The translations under genes and the position numbers were made by a program. From assembly GCA_015680685.1 (NCBI GenBank), contig MNCI01003108.1:310492-374491 (forward strand): DNA of 64,000 nucleotides. Direction: 5' to 3'. Of the stretch, positions 61,901 through 64,000 are shown in pieces. The DNA is from Gnetum montanum (lineage: Eukaryota > Plantae > Gnetophyta). Every line of letters starts with the position of its first letter. Positions within the stretch are counted from its first letter, which is position 1. The notes beneath the pieces are model-generated. The model searched no databases and was not told the DNA's origin. It saw only the letters and a program-made list of their open reading frames with translations.

Positions 61901-62604
61901 AAAAATTAGTTTTTACTCTTTTTCCCAACATGATGCCTGAAGATGCACAAAGATCCATTTTAGCATAACTTAGGCATACGATGTCCATTACATATAAATA
62001 ATCATTTCTAATATTTTTTAAGCTTTAAACTTAATGGTGAGGTCAGAGTTATCATCTAGGTACCCAATAATTTGATGATATCTTAAACTATGTCTTAAGA
62101 GGCCATAACATAAATTAACTAATCATGCCTAATAATTTAATTATTAGAACTAACAAATCTAACCTCTTGGTCATCTTGGGCCTTAGGATTAAATGCTTAG
62201 CTTATGATGATAACAAGTCTTAGATCAATAACCCCTAGTGTGTTATGAGTTACATTACTAGAGTTAGTGTCTTAAGGGGGGTAGAAAGGTTGTTAAAAGT
62301 CTAGGTAATATAACTACTTACTATTGATCCAAAATCAGTTGAAGCATTAGTTTTTGAATTAGAATGATCATGAAGATGTATATTTATTCAACTTATAACT
62401 AGATTATGTCATGGAGCATCATGAAGAATCATAATCTTGTTCCAACAATGTGAATAATACCCGTGAAGAAAAATGACGTATGAGAGAATCTAAGAACAAG
62501 AATGAAAGTTGCAATACATAACATGCTTACAAGATCCATAGCCAATGAAAAAAAATATCCATTATGTCCATCATGGGCCTTGGACTAACATTGCTATCAA
62601 TACC
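58980..62604 (+). mobile_element. Element E: decayed Tekay/Del-like LTR with PBS and 5' internal region
   Basis: LTR-like 58980-59551 (GGTAATGTCCCC...GGGATGTCACA); PBS TGGTATTAGAG at 59554; long AT-rich leader containing a 5S-derived segment. Confidence 0.55.
61696..61755 (+). other. 5S rRNA-derived fragment (internal promoter region), decayed
   Basis: Gapless 60-nt match, 42/60 identities counted by hand, to recalled plant 5S AACTCCGCAGTTAAGCGTGCTTGGGCGAGAGTAGTACTAGGATGGGTGACCTCCTGGGAA; mismatches mostly transitions. Confidence 0.7.
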
Positions 62605-64000
62605 TGATGAGTGGCGAGGTACCCCTACACTCAACCATACGAATACGAGCGTGCACGCGCGATCCGGTCGAACTCCGCAGACTAAATGCCTTAACGCCAC
62701 AAGAAACACTTGGGGTTAATCATTCATTGTCTTCCCAGGCTTGCTTGTAGGTGTCACGGTGTATGGTTAAGCAAGTCTGAGGTATATGATTTTTTTGGTA
62801 TTTTTCAGTTTATCTCCTAAGCTATGAGGGAAAGGGTTGAGAAACTAACTAACTCTAACTAATGTCCTAAGTCTAAATTAACCAGCGTTAGCATCCGTTC
62901 CCACTTACCGGACACACCCTGAACTATGCAACTGTGGCTTACCAAACGCTAATCGTTACTGGGATCACCACACATAATGCAAGTGCTCGAAGCGGTCGTA
63001 CTGAGGCACCTATTTAGCCTAAGTGTGATAAGCAGCTGATTCCTTGGCTAGCCGTACACATTTGTGGATGCTCGTAGCCAAGTCGTACTTATCACACGTT
63101 CTAGCCTAGCGATGAGCAGCCGATTCCTTAACTAGCCGTACACATTGGACTACCACTAGGATTACCAAGTGTAGATCCTGGAATATGCTACTGGGTTACC
63201 AAGCAGCCAATGCTCGTAATCAAGTCGTACTCGTGCGCACTAGGAAAGCAATAAATAAATAACAATAATTAAAACCATGTACTGCAAGGTTTATCCAATC
63301 AAGTTCATCTTTATTGCCGTACACAACTTGTGTTTAGGTTACAAAGTTGCTCGAATAAAGAGCCATTCACTCTAGGACTACTACTGCGGGCACATGGGAA
63401 AAATTCTAACTCTGGAGTGATCAATCTGCCAGAGCTTCGCTACTTCTAGCTAGGATTGGAAAATGAGGGGAGTGCCGCCTCTTATTTATAGATATGGCGG
63501 CGGACCGCAATATCGCAGGGAATGCGATATCATGGCAGCTGCGATATCACGTACGCGATATCGTGGCACTATGCATGTCGCGTCTCATCATACCCCCATG
63601 ACTAAATGAAAACTCGTCCTCGAGTTCCTTACAATAATATCAGGTAGGTATGGGATTATTGAGGTGAATGGAACTAATGGGATGACATGTGAACGGGTCT
63701 TTATTACAAGACTTGACAAAAACTGGTGTTCATGACAACAATGGTGAACACCTTATTAAAATGACATCAGGCCACATTTGGCAACTGAGAGAAAAGAGGA
63801 GAGAGAATAGAAGAGAAGAAGAGAGAAGAGTCTTGTTGCTGCCAATGCCTAGATTGCGCCTTCCGTTGTCCATCCGTAAGCGCATTATCCATTCTACTCC
63901 TTGCATAGCTGCTTCAGTGCTGCTCCATTCCAAGTGTTTGCTCCAGATCCATTTTGTGTTGTATGATTGCCATCTACACACACAACACAATCATATATTA
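62605..64000 (-). mobile_element. Element F: 3' LTR, PPT and 3' internal region of a minus-strand chromovirus-like element running off the window
   Basis: LTR 62605-63590 with inverted termini TGATGAGTGGCGA / TCGCGTCTCATCA; minus-strand TATA CTATAAATAAG ~63481-63491; preceded on minus by CTCGAGGACGAGTTTTC...ATGGGGGTA, a chromovirus-type PPT region; CpG-rich. Confidence 0.7.

Noticed and set aside
62601-63594. Solo LTR with 4-bp TSD TACC
   Set aside because: The right-hand TACC is part of the minus-strand PPT (ATGGGGGTA) with an upstream GAGGACGAG motif, so this is the 3' LTR of a longer element and the match is probably chance.

Overview
Seed-plant (probably angiosperm) nuclear DNA. The first ~20 kb holds two convergent host genes: an intronless, GC-rich DUF740/OCTOPUS-like gene (+, 6767-7780) and a five-exon TAF13 gene (-, 19575-13361), plus a decayed RTE LINE, SINE-like fragments and CpG-rich motif islands. 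From ~20.4 kb to the end is a nested LTR-retrotransposon block. An old Tat/Ogre-type Ty3 element (A, ~20400-57861) carries a better-preserved relative (B, 21605-39903) in its gag and a gag-only SIRE-type Ty1 element (C, 47790-53508) in its RNase H. B's 3' LTR is split by a 3.06-kb solo LTR. Further Ty3 remnants follow. The most unusual observation: in both A and B, gag-pol is interrupted between protease and RT by a 3-5 kb intron-like region holding an antisense, multi-exon gene whose intron positions and weak protein motifs match between the two copies. In B, clusters of one ~22-nt motif flank this gene and recur after integrase. All calls were made by eye; no database searches were run.
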